From an uncultured Methylomirabilota bacterium (lineage in GTDB: Bacteria; Methylomirabilota; Methylomirabilia; Methylomirabilales; 2-02-FULL-66-22), in the NCBI GenBank assembly GCA_963845565.1, contig CAWJSJ010000001.1, positions 576,001-640,000 of the forward strand: a stretch of DNA of 64,000 nt, in the 5' to 3' direction. The notes beneath the pieces are model-generated. The model was not told where the DNA came from. It did not search any database and was given only the letters and a program-made list of their open reading frames with translations. Shown piece by piece: positions 1 through 11,957 of the stretch. A program made the translations under genes and the position numbers. Numbering within the stretch: position 1 is the first letter of the stretch; every line of letters begins with the position of its first letter.

Positions 1-1074
1 CCATCGCGAACAGCAGCACGACGAAGACGATGGTGACCGCCTTGCCCAGGTTGAAGATGAACTCGTTGGTGGCCGCGCGTGACCGCCTCGGGCTGGAAGT
101 TGATCTCGCCGATCTCGATGCCGATCGGCTGGTCGGCTTTGAGCTCCTCGAGCTTTCGCCGGACGCCCTCGCCCATCGTCACGACGTTGCCGCCCTGCAC
201 CGTGGAGATGCCCAGGCCGATGGCCGGCTTGCCGTCGTAGCGCAGCAGACGGCGCGGCGGGTCCTGATCGCCGCGCGCCGAGCGTGGCGACGTCCCGGAG
301 GAAGAGCTGGCGGCCCGTCCGGTCCGAGCCGATCACCAGATCGAGCATGTCCTCGGCCGAGCGGAAGCCGCCGTGCGGATCGAGCGGCGATGTGCTCATC
401 GCCGACGCGCACGCGGCCGCCGTCGGCGGCGACGTTCCTCGCCTGGAGCTGGCGGTAGATCTGCTCCTCGTTGATGCCGAGCTGCGCCAGCCGTTGCCGC
501 GAGATTTCGAGGAAGACGACTTCCTGCTGCTGCGCCGAAGAGATCGACTTTCTTGACGTCCGGCACCAACAGCAGCTCGCGGCGGAGGAACTCGGCATAG
601 CGGCGCAGTTCCGGGAACGAGTAGCCTTCGCCGGTAATGGCCAGGAAGATGCCGTAGACGTCGCCGAAATCGTCGATCACCATCGACGTGCCGCGCACCG
701 AGGGCGGCAGCTGCGGCTGCACGTCGGCGATCTTGCGACGAAGTTCGTCCCACACCTGCGGAATCGCGTCCTTGTGGTACCGGTCCTTGATGACGGCGGA
801 GACGACCGACATCCCGCGCGAGGATTCCGACTCGACGCGCTCGAGCTGGCCAAGCTGCTGGCAGGCGCTTTCGATCGGGTTGGTGACCTCCTTGGCGACC
901 TCTTCGGCGCTCGCCCCGGGATATGGCGTGATGATCAGCGCTTCCTTGATCGTGAACTCCGGATCTTCGAGCCGGCCCATGTTGCTGATAGGCCACGACC
1001 CCGCCGACGAGGACGAGGAGCATCGCGACGAAGACGACGCGGTTGTTGCGGACGGAGAATACGCCGGGGTTCAT
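1..1074 (-). CDS. RND efflux transporter permease (AcrB/AcrD/AcrF family), N-terminal part; runs off the window; several frameshifts
   Basis: ATG at 1074 gives MNPGVFSVRNNRVVFVAMLLVLVGG. It continues as MGRLEDPEFTIKEALIITPYPGASAEEV...DDFGDVYG (ORF 396..980), a typical RND N-terminus. The start overlaps the MFP stop (ATGA). Confidence 0.85.
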   Translation of the reverse strand, partial: MNPGVFSVRNNRVVFVAMLLVLVGGVVAYQQHGPARRSGVHDQGSADHHAISRGERRRGRQGGHQPDRKRLPAAWPARARRVGILARDVGRLRRHQGPVPQGRDSAGVGRTSSQDRRRAAAAAALGARHVDGDRRFRRRLRHLPGHYRRRLLVPGTAPLCRVPPPRAAVGAGRQESRSLRRSSRKSSSSKSRGNGWRSSASTRSRSTASSRRGTSPPTAAACASAMSTSPLDPHGGFRSAEDMLDLVIGSDRTGRQLFLRDVATLGARRSGPAAPSAALRRQAGHRPGHLHGAGRQRRDDGRGRPAKARGAQSRPADRHRDRRDQLPARGGHARPPTSSSSTWARRSPSSSSCCCSRW

Positions 1075-2369
1075 GGCTGGCCGCCTCCGAGCGCGTCGCC
1101 CAGATCGCGCACCTTCATCCCTTCGCGCAGGAACGACACGCCGGCCACGGCGATGCGATCGCCCGGTTGCAGTCCCGTCCGTGATTTCGATCTCGCCGCC
1201 CGTCGCCTCGCCGAGTTTCACCGGGCGGCGCGAGACGGTTTGATCCGGCCCGACGACCCACACCACTTGCTCCCCCTTGCCGTCCTTGAAGACGGCAGAG
1301 ATCGGCACGAGGATCCGGTTGCCCCGGCTGCCGGCACGGAGCGTAGGTGAGGACGACCGTGGCCGTCATGCCCGGCAGCACATTCACGTCGGGCGGGGAC
1401 TTCATGGCGACCCGGACCTGGAAGGTCTGCGTCATCGGGTCGGCCGCCTGCGCCATCTCCGGATGCGCACCGGAAACTGACAGCCCGGGGGCGCTGCTGA
1501 ACGTCGCGATCACTTGCACAATGTCGGCCGGGCGAATGTCGGCGACCATGACCGTCTCCGGCACGTCCACGACGATGTCGATCTCGTCCACGTCCTGGAA
1601 CTGCACGACCGGCTCCTTCGCCCTGACGTTCTGCCCCTGTTCGACGAACCGCTGGGCGATCACGCCGTCGTAGGGGGCGCGCAGCGTGGAATCCTTGAGC
1701 TCGATGTTCGCTTCGACCACGCGGCCTTCCAGCCCGCGAACCTCGGCCTCCTGGGCCTCGATGTCTTCCGGACGGGCAGATCGCTCCCTTCTCGAGCATC
1801 TGCAGGGCGGCCTTGTAATCTTCCTGGGCAACGCGGTAGTTGGTTTCAGCACGGTCGAAATCGGCGCGCGGGACGGCCTTCAACTGGATCATCCGCCCGA
1901 AGCGCTCAAATTCCGTCCGGGCGTTCGCGAGCCTCGCCTCGGCCGCCCGCACCTGCGCTTCCCGTCGCAGCCGCTCCTCGGGTCGTTCCCCCGCACGCAA
2001 CGCGTTGAGGGCCGCGCGAGCCTGGTCGAGCTGGCCTTGCACGGTCTTCAGCCGGGCCTGAAATTCGTCCTGCCGGAGTTGGGCGATCACCTCGTTCTTG
2101 GCGACGCTCTGCCCCTCCTTGACCGGCAGCTTGACCAGCAGACCGGGGACCTGGAATGCCAGGTCGACGCTTCTCGACCCTTGAACCCTTCCAGGGAAGG
2201 AGCGTACTTGCGTTGCATCCCCGGCTGCCACGACCATCGTTTGCACGGGGCGAACCACCTCTGGACGAGGCGCCTCCTGCTGCGAGCATCCGACGGCGAA
2301 AGAGATTACTGATAACGCGATGGGCAGACTTGGAGCGAGGCCCCTGCGAGCGAAACGTCTGGGGTTCAT
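1071..2369 (-). CDS. RND efflux periplasmic adaptor (membrane fusion protein), lipoprotein; frameshifted
   Basis: MNPRRFARR...FAVGC lipobox, VDLAFQVPGLLVKLPVKEGQSV lipoyl half-motif, coiled coil, and TLRAPYDGVIAQRFVEQGQNV in a second frame (ORFs 1218..2546 and 1115..1852). Confidence 0.85.
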
Positions 2370-2804
2370 CACTGATTCTCCCCTCTGTGGGTGGGATTTC
2401 CCCGCAATGCCGTGGGATTGGCCCCTCGGGCCGTCACCACAAACAGAACCCGGCAGTCCACCAACCGGGATCGCCGGGTTGTCAACCAATGCTCGGAGGT
2501 CAAGCGTCTCTGCCGGCGGGGCGTCGCCGGTGTCCCCTTGGCACACGGCGAGTCTCCAGGCGAAACGGCCACCCCTTGGCTACTGGCACGTGTTTGTGCC
2601 CACTTAAGCCCCTGCTCCTGGAGCGTTAAGACTAGTAACACAGCAAGGCACCGTTGACAACTAGCGAAAATCGGCTCTGTGCAATGCCGAGTGGTGTTGG
2701 TCGTTGACCGCTGGGGTCAACCGGAGAGTGTGAAGACCAAAGTCCTATTGACACGGAATCCACACCATGGGATGTTTTTTTCTTGCTGCGGCCACTTCCG
2801 GGCT

Positions 2805-3014
2805 CGCGCCGACCTCGCGGGCGCCTCCAAAAACCGGGGCCTCTTCGCCGGGATCTCGGTCGAAGGGGCTGTCGTGCGGGTGCGGACGTCGCTCAACCGG
2901 TCCTACTTCGGTAAGGCCGTCACCCCAACGGACATCCTGGTGCGCCGGTCGGTCAAGAACAGGAATGCCAACAGCCTCCTCGACGCGGTCAAGAAGGCCG
3001 CCGCGGCGAGCTAA
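2805..3014 (+). pseudogene. 3' fragment of a SYLF/Ysc84-like lipid-binding protein gene
   Basis: [45 protein letters not shown] resembles the SYLF C-terminus (GLFAGxSxEG...N..YYG). No recognisable N-terminal part lies upstream. Confidence 0.6.
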
Positions 3015-3049
3015 GCGTCCGTCACAAGCTAAGGAAAGGAGACGATGTC

Positions 3050-5218
3050 ATGGGATCACCGTTCAGGGCAGTCGTTGCGCTGGCCATGGCGGCGGCAATG
3101 GCCGCGACCCTCATGAGCTGCACCGGAATCTCAAGCACCCCGGGAACCGCGCAAATCGCTCCGGCTGCCGCCCTCGCCCAGACTCCCGGCGCCTCTCTGA
3201 TGCCGGCCGACCAAGGCGCGACCGTCGCGAAGCACTTCGACCCACTCGGCAACCCGCCGTCGAAGTTCACGCTCGAACTGCGCAACGGCGTCAAGGCCGA
3301 GTTGCCGTTCGCCGACAAGCGCGACTTCGACGAAGCGAAGCGCGGCTTCATCGCCGAGCCTCCCTACACGAAGATCATAGCCGACGCCGGCCACGTCGCC
3401 TGGGACATGGGCAGCTACGGCTGGCTGCTGACCGGCAAGGACTTCGAGAGCATTCATCCGTCGCTGCAGCGCCAGGCCGTGCTCAATATGGCCTACGGGC
3501 TGTATGAAGTCGTCCCGGGGCGCATCTACCAGGTGCGCGGCTACGACCTCGCCAATATCAGCTTCATCAAGGGCGACACCGGCTGGATCGTCTTCGATCC
3601 GCTGACCGCCAAGGAGACGGCACGGGCGGCGCTTGGAGTTCGTCAACGAAAAGCTCGGCAAGCGGCCGGTCGTGGGCGTCGTCTACTCGCACTCGCACGT
3701 GGACCACTTCGGCGGCGTGCGCGGCGTGGTGGACGAGGCCGACGTGCAGAGCGGCAAGGTGATGGTCATCGCGCCGGAGCACTTCCTCGAGGCGGCGATC
3801 TCCGAGAACGTGTTCGCCGGCAACGCGATGACGCGGCGCTCGCAATGGCAGTACTCCGTGCTGCTGCAGCGTCGACCCCAATGGCCACGTCGACCAGGCG
3901 ATCGGCAAGAACGTGGCCAGCGGCAACACCGGGCTGATCCCGCCGAACCGGCTGGTGAGCAAGGACTTCGAGGAGATCACGCTCGACGGCGTGAAGATGG
4001 TGTTCCAGAACTCGCCCGACACCGAGGCGCCGGTCGAGATGAACACGTACTTCCCGCAGTTCAAGGCCCTCTGGGCGGCGGAGATCATCACCGGCACGAT
4101 CCACAACATCTACACGATTCGCGGCGCCGCCGTGCGCAACGCGCTCAACTGGTCGAAGGAGATCAACGAAGCGCTCTACAAGTTCGGCCAGGAAGCGGAG
4201 GTGATGTTCGCCTCGCATAGCTGGCCGCGCTGGGGCAACGCCCGCATCCAGGAAGTGCTGCGCGCGCAGCGCGACGCCTACGCCAACCTCAACAACCAGT
4301 CGCTGCACTACGCCAACCGGGGCGTCACGATCAACGAGATCCATAACGTCTACGAAGTGCCGAAGAGCCTGCGCGAGCAATGGGCGGCGCGCAGCTACCA
4401 CGGCGACGTGCAGAACAATACGCGCGGCGTGATCAACCGCTTCCTCGGCCACTACGACGGAAACCCGACCAACCTGATTCCGCTGTCGCCGAAGGACTCC
4501 GCGCCGCTTTATGTCGAGATGATGGGCGGCTCGGCGAAGATCATCGCCAAGGGCCAGGAGCTGATCGCGCAGGGTAAGTACCTGCATGCCACCGAGATTC
4601 TCAACCGGCTGGTGTTCGCCGAGCCGCAGAACCAGGCGGCCCGGCGGCTGCTCGCCGACGCCTTCGAGCAGCTCGGCTACCAGGCGGAGAGCACCAGCAC
4701 GCGCAACAGCTTCCTGCAGGGGGCTTTCGAACTGCGCAACGGTCTTCCGGGTGGGGTCCCGCCGCGGACGACGGGGCCGGACGTCGTGCGCGCGATGTCG
4801 ACGGAGCAGTGGCTCGACTTCATCGGCATCAGCATCGATCCGAAGAGGGCCGAGGGGCTGAAGTTCACGTTCAACCTCCTCACGCCCGACAACGGCGAGC
4901 GCTACGCGATCGAGATGAGCAACGCGACGCTTACCAGCATCAAGGGCTTCCAGGCGAAGAACCCGGACCTCACCGTGACGGTGAACCGCGCCGACCTCAA
5001 TCAGGTGATGATGGGGCGCAACATCGTTCGACGACCTGATCGCGGCCGGGAAGGCGAAGTTCGAGGGCAACCGGACGGGATTCGACCAGCTGCGATCCAT
5101 CCTCGTCCCGTTCACGCCGGACTTCGAGATCCTGCCCGGCACGGCGCCGAAGGAGCGGGCCGCCCCGCCGAAACCGTTCGAGGTTCGTGACCTCGTCAAC
5201 CCGCTGGTCGGCGACTGA
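3050..5218 (+). CDS. Alkyl/aryl sulfatase (SdsA1/BDS1-like; MBL fold, dimerisation and SCP2-like domains); about 3 frameshifts
   Basis: [53 protein letters not shown] and GYQAES across ORFs 3050..3937, 3633..4220 and 3913..5190. The last frame ends at TGA 5216-5218. Confidence 0.9.
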
Positions 5219-5252
5219 GCGCTGGGTCCGATGGGTTGTTTCCGCTGGGCGG

Positions 5253-5324
5253 CCCGGGACGCCGACGAAGGCCCCGAAGGCGTTCGAGGTGCCCGAGTTG
5301 CTGTCGGCACAGGTGACCGACTGA
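5253..5324 (+). pseudogene. Relic 3' end of a paralogous alkyl-sulfatase gene
   Basis: Encodes PGTPTKAPKAFEVPELLSAQVTD*, echoing the upstream gene's tail [27 protein letters not shown] (5135-5218). Confidence 0.45.
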
Positions 5325-5483
5325 GGCACGCAACCCAGGATTGAGGAGTGGGGTACCATGCAGAGAAGCTGCGAAGTCGCGCGGAGATTCCGTCTCCCGG
5401 CGGGTTCAGAACAGGGTCCGAGACATCTGCATGCCCATGGAACACCGCCCGGAATAACCCGGAGTCTTCACGCAGGAGGAAAT

Positions 5484-6616
5484 ATGAGAACATGGAGCCT
5501 GGCGATCGGCGTCGTGCTGGCCAGTGTCTTCCCGGCGGGGCGGCGGACCCGCCGCTGATGTGCTTCGGTAACGAGCCGTCGTGGGGCTTGGCCCTCGAAC
5601 AGCCTGGCACGGCGCAGCTCATGCTGCCGGATGCGCCTCCCACGGCGTACGAGGGAACGGACACGCGCCTTGAGCCACTCCGGGAACGAGTGTGGCGCGG
5701 CAGGCTTGCCGGGGGCACGGGTTCCGACCTCGTGGCCTTCCTCCGCGAGGCCGAATGCAGCGACGGCATGTCTGACGTGAAGCACCCCGTGGTGGCGCGG
5801 GTCTCGCTGCCCGACGGGCGGTTCCTGGTAGGATGCTGCCGGCTCGTGGCTTCGGGAACCCCGGCGCCACCTGCGGTGGGCGCGGCGCCGAGCGCGGCGT
5901 CCGCCACGCTCGAAGGGCCCCTCTGGCGACTGACCCACCTCCGCGGACAGGACGAGAAAGCCTTCGCCGCGCTGCCGACGGGCATCACCGTCCGGTTCGG
6001 GGCCGGACAGCTCCAGGGGTTCGACGGCTGCAACCAGCTCGCGGGCTCCTACACCATCGACCGCGACCGCGTGATCCTCGGCACCCTCGCCGGAACGATG
6101 ATGGCATGCCCGCCGCCGGTGATGACGGTCGAGACGGCGTTCAGGGGCGCCTTCACCGGCGCGCTCCGCTTCAGCGTGGCCGACGGCCGCCTGACCCTCA
6201 CTGCGGAGTCGGACACGGACCCGACGCTCGTCTTCGCGGCCGCGCCCCCACCCCGCCTCGAGGGGATCGCCTGGGAGGTCACGGGCTTCAACAACGGCCG
6301 TCAGGCGGTGGTGAGCCCACTGACCGGCACCACGATCACCGTGTCCTTCCAGGACGGGTCGGTGGTGGGCCACGCCGGGTGCAACAGCTTCCGGGCGACC
6401 TACAAGCGCGAAGGGACTCGCCTCGCCGTCGGACCCGCGGCAACGACGCGGATGCACTGCGCCGGGGAGGGCCTCATGGAACAGGAGCGTCAGTTCCTGG
6501 CGGCGCTCGAGTCGGCGACGAGGTGGGCGATCGACCGCGACATGCTTGACCTGCATCGCGCGGACGGCGAGCGTGTGCTGCTCGCTCGCCGGGGCGGTGA
6601 AGTAGCCGGAATCTGA
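5484..6616 (+). CDS. Secreted META (HslJ-like) double-domain protein with an N-terminal GNEPxW domain; frameshift near the signal peptide
   Basis: GGAGGA RBS, then MRTWSLAIGVVLA, CFGNEPSWGL, and two META repeats (GFDGCNQLAGSY...TMMAC; GHAGCNSFRATY...TTRMHC). Confidence 0.85.
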
Positions 6617-6877
6617 CTCGCGCACCTCGCCCGTACACTCTCGATCCCTGGCCCGGCCGCGCGCCTGGGTTCGCGCCCACGATTTCCCGCAGCGGCAGCG
6701 GATAATCTATTGACACGCTCGCGCTACCATGGCACTTTGCTTTTCGGCCGCGGCCGTCCCCTTGATTACGTTGGGCTTGCGGGCGTTTGCGGGCGGCACG
6801 ACCCGGCAGTACAGCAGTACATTCGGATCACGAAGGGCGTTCTTCACCACGACGGACAACGGACAAGGAGACAGGGC

Positions 6878-7372
6878 ATGGCGAGCACACTGGTGGCGAT
6901 CGAGTACGACGATCCGCACAAGGCGGAGGAAATGCGCCTCAAGCTGATCAAGATGCAAAAGGAGTATCTCATCGATCTCGAGGACGCGGTCGTGGCCGTG
7001 AAGGACGACAAGGGGAAGATCAAGCTGCACCAGTCGATCAACCTGACGGCCCACGGTGCCACGAGCGGCGGCTTCTGGGGCGCGCTGGTCGGCCTCCTCT
7101 TCCTGAACCCACTCCTGGGCATGGCGATGGGGGCGGCCGCCGGGGCGGTCTCGGGGGCCCTCACCGACCTGGGCATCAATGACAAGTTCATGAAGGAATT
7201 GGCCGCCGGTATGACGCCCGGGGGTTCGACGCTCTTCGTCCTGGTCAGGAAGGCCACACCGGAGCGGGTGCTCGAAGAGATGCAGGGCACGGGCGGCAGG
7301 ATCCTGAAAACGTCGCTCGCGCACGAGGATGAGGCCAAGCTCCAGGCCGCGCTGAGCGCCGCCAAGGGTTAA
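6878..7372 (+). CDS. DUF1269-family membrane protein
   Basis: AAGGAG RBS; LIDLEDAVVAVKDDKGKIKLHQ...GGFWGALVGLLFLNPLLG...DLGINDKFMKELA...SLAHEDEAKL. Confidence 0.85.
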   Translation: MASTLVAIEYDDPHKAEEMRLKLIKMQKEYLIDLEDAVVAVKDDKGKIKLHQSINLTAHGATSGGFWGALVGLLFLNPLLGMAMGAAAGAVSGALTDLGINDKFMKELAAGMTPGGSTLFVLVRKATPERVLEEMQGTGGRILKTSLAHEDEAKLQAALSAAKG

Positions 7373-7413
7373 CCCGCTTTATTCGCGAACGCAGATCGCG
7401 AATAAAGCGGGTT
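7371..7413. repeat. Family A palindrome, copy 1
   Basis: AACCCGCTTTATTCGCGA-acgcaga-TCGCGAATAAAGCGGGTT; perfect 18-bp arms; starts inside the TAA stop of the DUF1269 gene. Confidence 0.9.
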
Positions 7414-7563
7414 GAATTCCACCCCGTGCCCGTGCGGTCGGCGATCCGGGAGGGATCAGGCGTTGCCGGTACGCGGTGACGCCGCCCCAACCTGGCGGAC
7501 GGTACCCGGTCCGCCCACCACCACGTATCCTCCCGCTGCAGGCGGGAATGGCTGCTGTCAGGT

Positions 7564-7606
7564 AAACCCGGATTATTCACGAATCCTTCGTGAATAATCC
7601 GGGTTT
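7564..7606. repeat. Family A palindrome, copy 2 (variant)
   Basis: AAACCCGGATTATTCACGAA-tcc-TTCGTGAATAATCCGGGTTT; perfect 20-bp arms. Confidence 0.85.
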
Positions 7607-7706
7607 GGCGGGCCCCGATCCCCTCGGTGTCTTCCTGCCTTGGTTGTGAAAAGAATGAAAGAATGTCGGATCGAGGCTAACACATTCGATTGTAAGGAGT
7701 GGCGTC

Positions 7707-9338
7707 ATGAGCGAGGCGAAAGACGCTCCAAAGACAATGATGCAGAGAGTCCTGGACGTGGTCGAGAAGGTGGGGAACAAGGTCCCTCACCCGGCGATCA
7801 TCTTCCTTCTCCTCATCGCCATCGTCGTGGTCGTCTCCGCCCTCCTGGAGGCGACGGGGACGAGTCACTCCACCTATGAGGTGATCGTTCCGGAGCCGCC
7901 CGCGATCGCGACGGGAGCAGCCCCCGGCCCCAGTGTGTATGATTCGGGAACGACCGTCGCCTATCAGGCCATCGATCCGGCGAAGTACAGGATCGAGAAG
8001 CGAACGGTGTCCGCCAAGAGCCTGCTGACGGCGGAGGGCATCCGCTTCATCTACTCGTCGCTGATCCCGAACTTCATGAGTTTCACGGCGGTCGGCCTGA
8101 TGATCGTGGCCATGATCGGCGCCGGCGTCGCCGAGGAGTCCGGCCTGGTCAGGCGCTGATCCGCAAGCTGGTGATCGTGTCTCCGGGCTGGGCGCTGACC
8201 TACATCCTGGCCTTCGTCGGCATCCTGTCGAGCATCGCCGCGGATGCCGGCTATCTGGTCCTGATTCCGCTCGGCGGGGATCGCCTTCCTCAGCGTCGGC
8301 CGACATCCGCTCGCCGGGCTGGCCCTGGGCTTCGCCGCGGTCGCCGGCGCCTTCACCGTGAACATGCTGATCAAGCCGCTCGATGCCGTCCTGGTCGAGT
8401 TCACCAACGACGCCATCCATCTGGTCGATCCCAGCAAGTCGATCGGTCTGACCTCGAATCTCTGGTTCTCCATCGCCTCGGTCATCTTCCTGACGTTCCT
8501 CATCGCTTCATCACCGAGACGAATCATCGAGCCGCGTCTGGGCGAAGTACCAGGCGAGAGAAGCCCGACGAAGCAGGGTGCGGAGCTCTCCGCCGACGAG
8601 TCACGCGGCCTGCGCTGCGCGGTGCTCGGCCTCCTCGGGGTTCTCGTCGTCTTCGGCCTGTTGACGCTACCGCCGGGCGCGCCGCTGCGCAATCCGGACA
8701 CGCGGCGAACTGATCGGCAACTCGCCGTTCATGAACGGCCTGATCGCCCTCATCATGGTGATGTTCCTGGTGACCGGGGCCGCTACGGCATCGGCGCCGG
8801 GACGCTGAAGAGCGCTGACCGACGTCATCAAGGCGATCGAGAAGGCGCTGGCCGGCATGGGCGGCCTGATCTTTCTGTTCTTCATCCTCAGCCAGTTCGT
8901 CGCCTACTTCAACTACACCAACATGGGCACGATCATGGCCCTGAAGATGTCCGACGTGCTCAAGACGGCCAACATCGGCCCGTTCTGGTTGCTGCATCGG
9001 CTTCATCGTCGTGGTCGCCATCATCGATCTGCTGCTCACCGGCGCCATCGCCAAATGGGCGATCTTCGCGCCGGTCTTCGTGCCGCTGCTGATGAAGCTC
9101 GGCGTCGATCCCGAGGCCGTGCTGGCGGCCTACCGCGTCGGCGATTCGCCGATGAACGCGATCACGCCGCTCAACGCCTACTTCGCGCTGGTCGTCGGCT
9201 TCGCCCAGAAGTACGACAAGAACGCCGGCGTCGGCACCGTCGTGTCGCTGATGCTGCCCTACGTCGTCGATCATGTTCGTGCTCTGGACGCTGCTCTTCG
9301 CCGTCTGGCAGTTGCTGGGACTGCCCTGGGGCCTGTGA
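7707..9338 (+). CDS. AbgT-family transporter; multiple frameshifts
   Basis: VEKVGNKVPHPAIIF, GAGVAEESGL, SSIAADAGYLVLIPLG, KWAIFAPVFVPLL and AAYRVGDSPMNAITP across several frames. Confidence 0.9.
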
Positions 9339-9440
9339 CGAGCAGCGGGCATCATCGCCCGAGCAGTGCAGCTGATGCGCGGCCGGCAGGATCAATATCC
9401 CGAGGTCGATCGTACTCGGTACGCAGAAAGGAGCCACGCC

Positions 9441-10643
9441 ATGAGCACACCACCATTCCCCTCGACGTGAAGGCCGCCGAGGAACACCTGATGCGCTTCC
9501 TCGCGGTCGAAGGCGTGACCGGCCAGGAAGCGGCAATCGCCGCCGCGGTCACCGACGAGCTGAAGAAGGTCGGCGTGCCCGCCTCCGCCATCCGCTTCGA
9601 CACCGTCAACAAGCGCATCCCGCTGCCGACGGAGACCGGCAACCTGATCGTCGACCTGCCCGGCACGCGCCCGGGCCCGCGGCTGCTGTTCTCGACGCAT
9701 CTCGACACCGTGCCGCTCTGCGCCGGCGCAAAGCCGAGGCGCGAGGGCGACCGCATCGTCTCCGACGGCACGACCGCGCTCGGCGGCGACAACCGCACCG
9801 GCTGCGCCGTGCTGGTGACGCTGGCCGAGACGCTGCTCAAGCACAAGCTGCCGCACCCGCCGATCACGCTGCTCTTCACCGTGCGCGAGGAGAGCGGCCT
9901 GCACGGCGCGCGCGAACTGGATCCGACGGATCTCGGCGGCGCCGCGATGTGCTTCAACGTCGACGGCAAGCTCGCCGCCGAGCTGATCATCGGCGCGGTC
10001 GGCCAGGAGAACTGGGAGGTCGAGATCAACGGCAAGGCCTCCCATGCCGGCGTCGCGCCGGAGAAGGGCATCTCGGCGACGCTCGTCGGCGCCCTCGCGC
10101 TGACCGAGGCGCACCGCGGCGGCTGGTTCGGCAAGGTGGTGAAGCCCGACGGGCAACGGCACCAGCAACGTCGGCATCTTCGGCGGCAAGGACGGCAAGC
10201 CGGCCGGCGACGCCACCAACGTCGTGACCGACTACGTCCACCTCAAGGGCGAGGCGCGCAGCCCGGAGGCGGCCTTCGCCGCCGCCATCGCGAAGGCGTA
10301 CCGCGAGGCCTTCGCCAAGGCGCAAGCGGAGGTGAAGGACGCCGACGGGGCGACCGCCGAGGTGAAGTTCACCAGCAAGCCCTCCTATCCGCCGTTCAAG
10401 CTGGCCGAGGACGCGCCGGCCGTGCAGCACGCCAAGAAGGCGGCGGAGTCGCTCGGCCTGAAGCCGACCACGGTGTTCTCCAACGGCGGCCTCGACGCCA
10501 ACTGGCTCGACAAGCACGGCGTGCCGACCGTGACCATCGGCGCCGGGCAGTACGAGATCCACACGGTCAAGGAGTACGTCGACCTGCCGGAGTTCGCCAA
10601 CGGCTGCCGGCTGGCGGTGGCGCTGGCGACCCTGGAGGGCTAG
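9441..10643 (+). CDS. M20/M25/M40 metallopeptidase (peptidase T-like); one frameshift near 10150
   Basis: AAGGAG RBS; FSTHLDTV, LGGDNRTG, VREESGLHGA, GKASHAGVAPEKG, GGLDANWL and IHTVKEY. Confidence 0.9.
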
Positions 10644-10882
10644 GCCGTGGCCGTGCCGCGGAAAAGCGGCAGGCTTCGCCGCGCCGCGCGGCTGACGGGT
10701 AGACGTAACGCCAAGCCAAGGACGGATTGCCGGAAGCGGAGACCGACGAGGTGTCCGATCGTGCGCACCGCCCAAACTGGCGGCCCAGGCGGCGATCCCG
10801 TAGGTTCCCCGGGTTGCGTCGCGAGCGGCGCTGAGACCAAGCGGCGGGGCGGGGACACGCCCCGCAGAGGAGGAGGCAGCGA

Positions 10883-11365
10883 ATGGCGGCACACAGACGC
10901 TCGTGCATGATACTCCTGACGGTCGCCGTGGCGAGCGCGCTCGGCGCGGCGGGCGCCGGGGCGCAGCAGCTCTTCATCTATCCGCAGCGGGGCCAGAGCC
11001 CCCAGCAACAACAACAGGATCGCTTCGAGTGCCACCAATGGGCCGTGCAGCAGACCGGCTTCGACCCCATGATGGGGACGGCGCCGCCGCCGCCGGCGCC
11101 GGCGCCGACGACGGGCGCCGTCCGGGGCGCCGCGCGCGGGGCGGCCCTCGGGGCGGTCGGCGGGGCCATCGGCGGCAACGCGGGCCGGGGCGCGGCGATC
11201 GGCGCCGGGACCGGGGCGGTGTTCGGGACGATGCGGCGCAACGACCAGATTCGCCAGGGCCAGGCGCAGCAATCGGCCCACGCCCAGCATTCTGGCCAGC
11301 AGATGGAACGATTTAACCGAGCGGTCGCCACTTGCCTGTCGGGGCGCGGCTACACGGTCAACTAG
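10883..11365 (+). CDS. Secreted glycine-zipper (YMGG-like) protein
   Basis: Signal peptide; IYPQRGQSPQQQQQDRFECHQWAVQQTGFDP; GAARGAALGAVGGAIGG; CLSGRGYTVN. Confidence 0.85.
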   Translation: MAAHRRSCMILLTVAVASALGAAGAGAQQLFIYPQRGQSPQQQQQDRFECHQWAVQQTGFDPMMGTAPPPPAPAPTTGAVRGAARGAALGAVGGAIGGNAGRGAAIGAGTGAVFGTMRRNDQIRQGQAQQSAHAQHSGQQMERFNRAVATCLSGRGYTVN

Positions 11366-11520
11366 TAGGCTGCTGAAAAAGGCCCATCTGCGGCGTTGGT
11401 CCGCCTCGCCACTCGCTGCGGCGTACCTGCAGTACGCCTCACTCGGGCTGCGGCGGGCCGCCTTGCACCTGGACCTTTTTGAGCAGCCTGGGCAAAGAAC
11501 GGATTTTTCAGCAACCTACT
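11364..11520. mobile_element. Family B MITE-like element, copy 1
   Basis: Ends AGTAGGCTGCTGAAAAA ... TTTTTCAGCAACCTACT. Internal AAAAAGGCCCATCTGC...GCCTTGCACCTGGACCTTTTTGAGCAGCCTG is shared with the copies at 19527 and 31470. Confidence 0.75.
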
Positions 11521-11546
11521 GGGTTCGCACCCAGACGGAGCGACAC

Positions 11547-11957
11547 ATGAACGCTTGGACGAAACCTGTCGTGTGCGCGATTCTCCTGACGGCGTTGGCC
11601 GGGGCGCCCGGCCTCGCCGCGGCCGGCCCCTATGACGGCGGGCGCCCCTTCCTGTGCGCCGTGACGGCGATCCTGGAATGCGGCGCCGCCGGCGAGTGCG
11701 AGCGCCACCTCGCCGACGACGAGACCGCCCCCGCCATCCTCAAGGTCGACGTGGCCGGCCAGACGGTCACCACCGGGACCGCCCGGAAGAGCGCGATCAA
11801 GAGCGTCACGCGCCTGGACGGCCAGTTGATCCTGCAGGGAGGCGAGAACGGGCGGGGCTGGAGCGCGACGGTCGACGAGGACACCGGACGCATGGCCGTC
11901 GCCATCGTCGACAACGACTACACCTTCTCGCTCTTCGGCGCCTGCACCCTCCCGTAA
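11547..11957 (+). CDS. Small secreted hypothetical protein with 4 Cys in the mature part
   Basis: GGAG RBS; signal peptide MNAWTKPVVCAILLTALAG; FLCAVTAILEC...LILQGGENGRGWSATV...LFGAC. Confidence 0.75.
   Translation: MNAWTKPVVCAILLTALAGAPGLAAAGPYDGGRPFLCAVTAILECGAAGECERHLADDETAPAILKVDVAGQTVTTGTARKSAIKSVTRLDGQLILQGGENGRGWSATVDEDTGRMAVAIVDNDYTFSLFGACTLP

Noticed and set aside
2584..2600. sigma54-like TGGCACG motif
   Set aside because: The -12 GC is off by one base, and the motif points away from the nearby RND genes.
3766..6033. Long antisense or alternate-frame ORFs (e.g. 3766..6033, 40624..42735, 58124..60625)
   Set aside because: Shadow ORFs typical of high-GC DNA, lying opposite well-supported genes.
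7367..7417. Family A hairpins as integron attC sites (AAC...GTTGAAT)
   Set aside because: Too short, no extrahelical bases, the other copies lack GTTRRRY, and no intI is present.
7371..7606. CRISPR array from two nearby palindromes
   Set aside because: Only two non-identical copies about 150 bp apart, and no cas genes.
9011..10702. AbgT-peptidase fusion ORF (563 aa)
   Set aside because: Produced by frameshifts. AbgT ends at 9338 and the peptidase has its own RBS and ATG at 9441.
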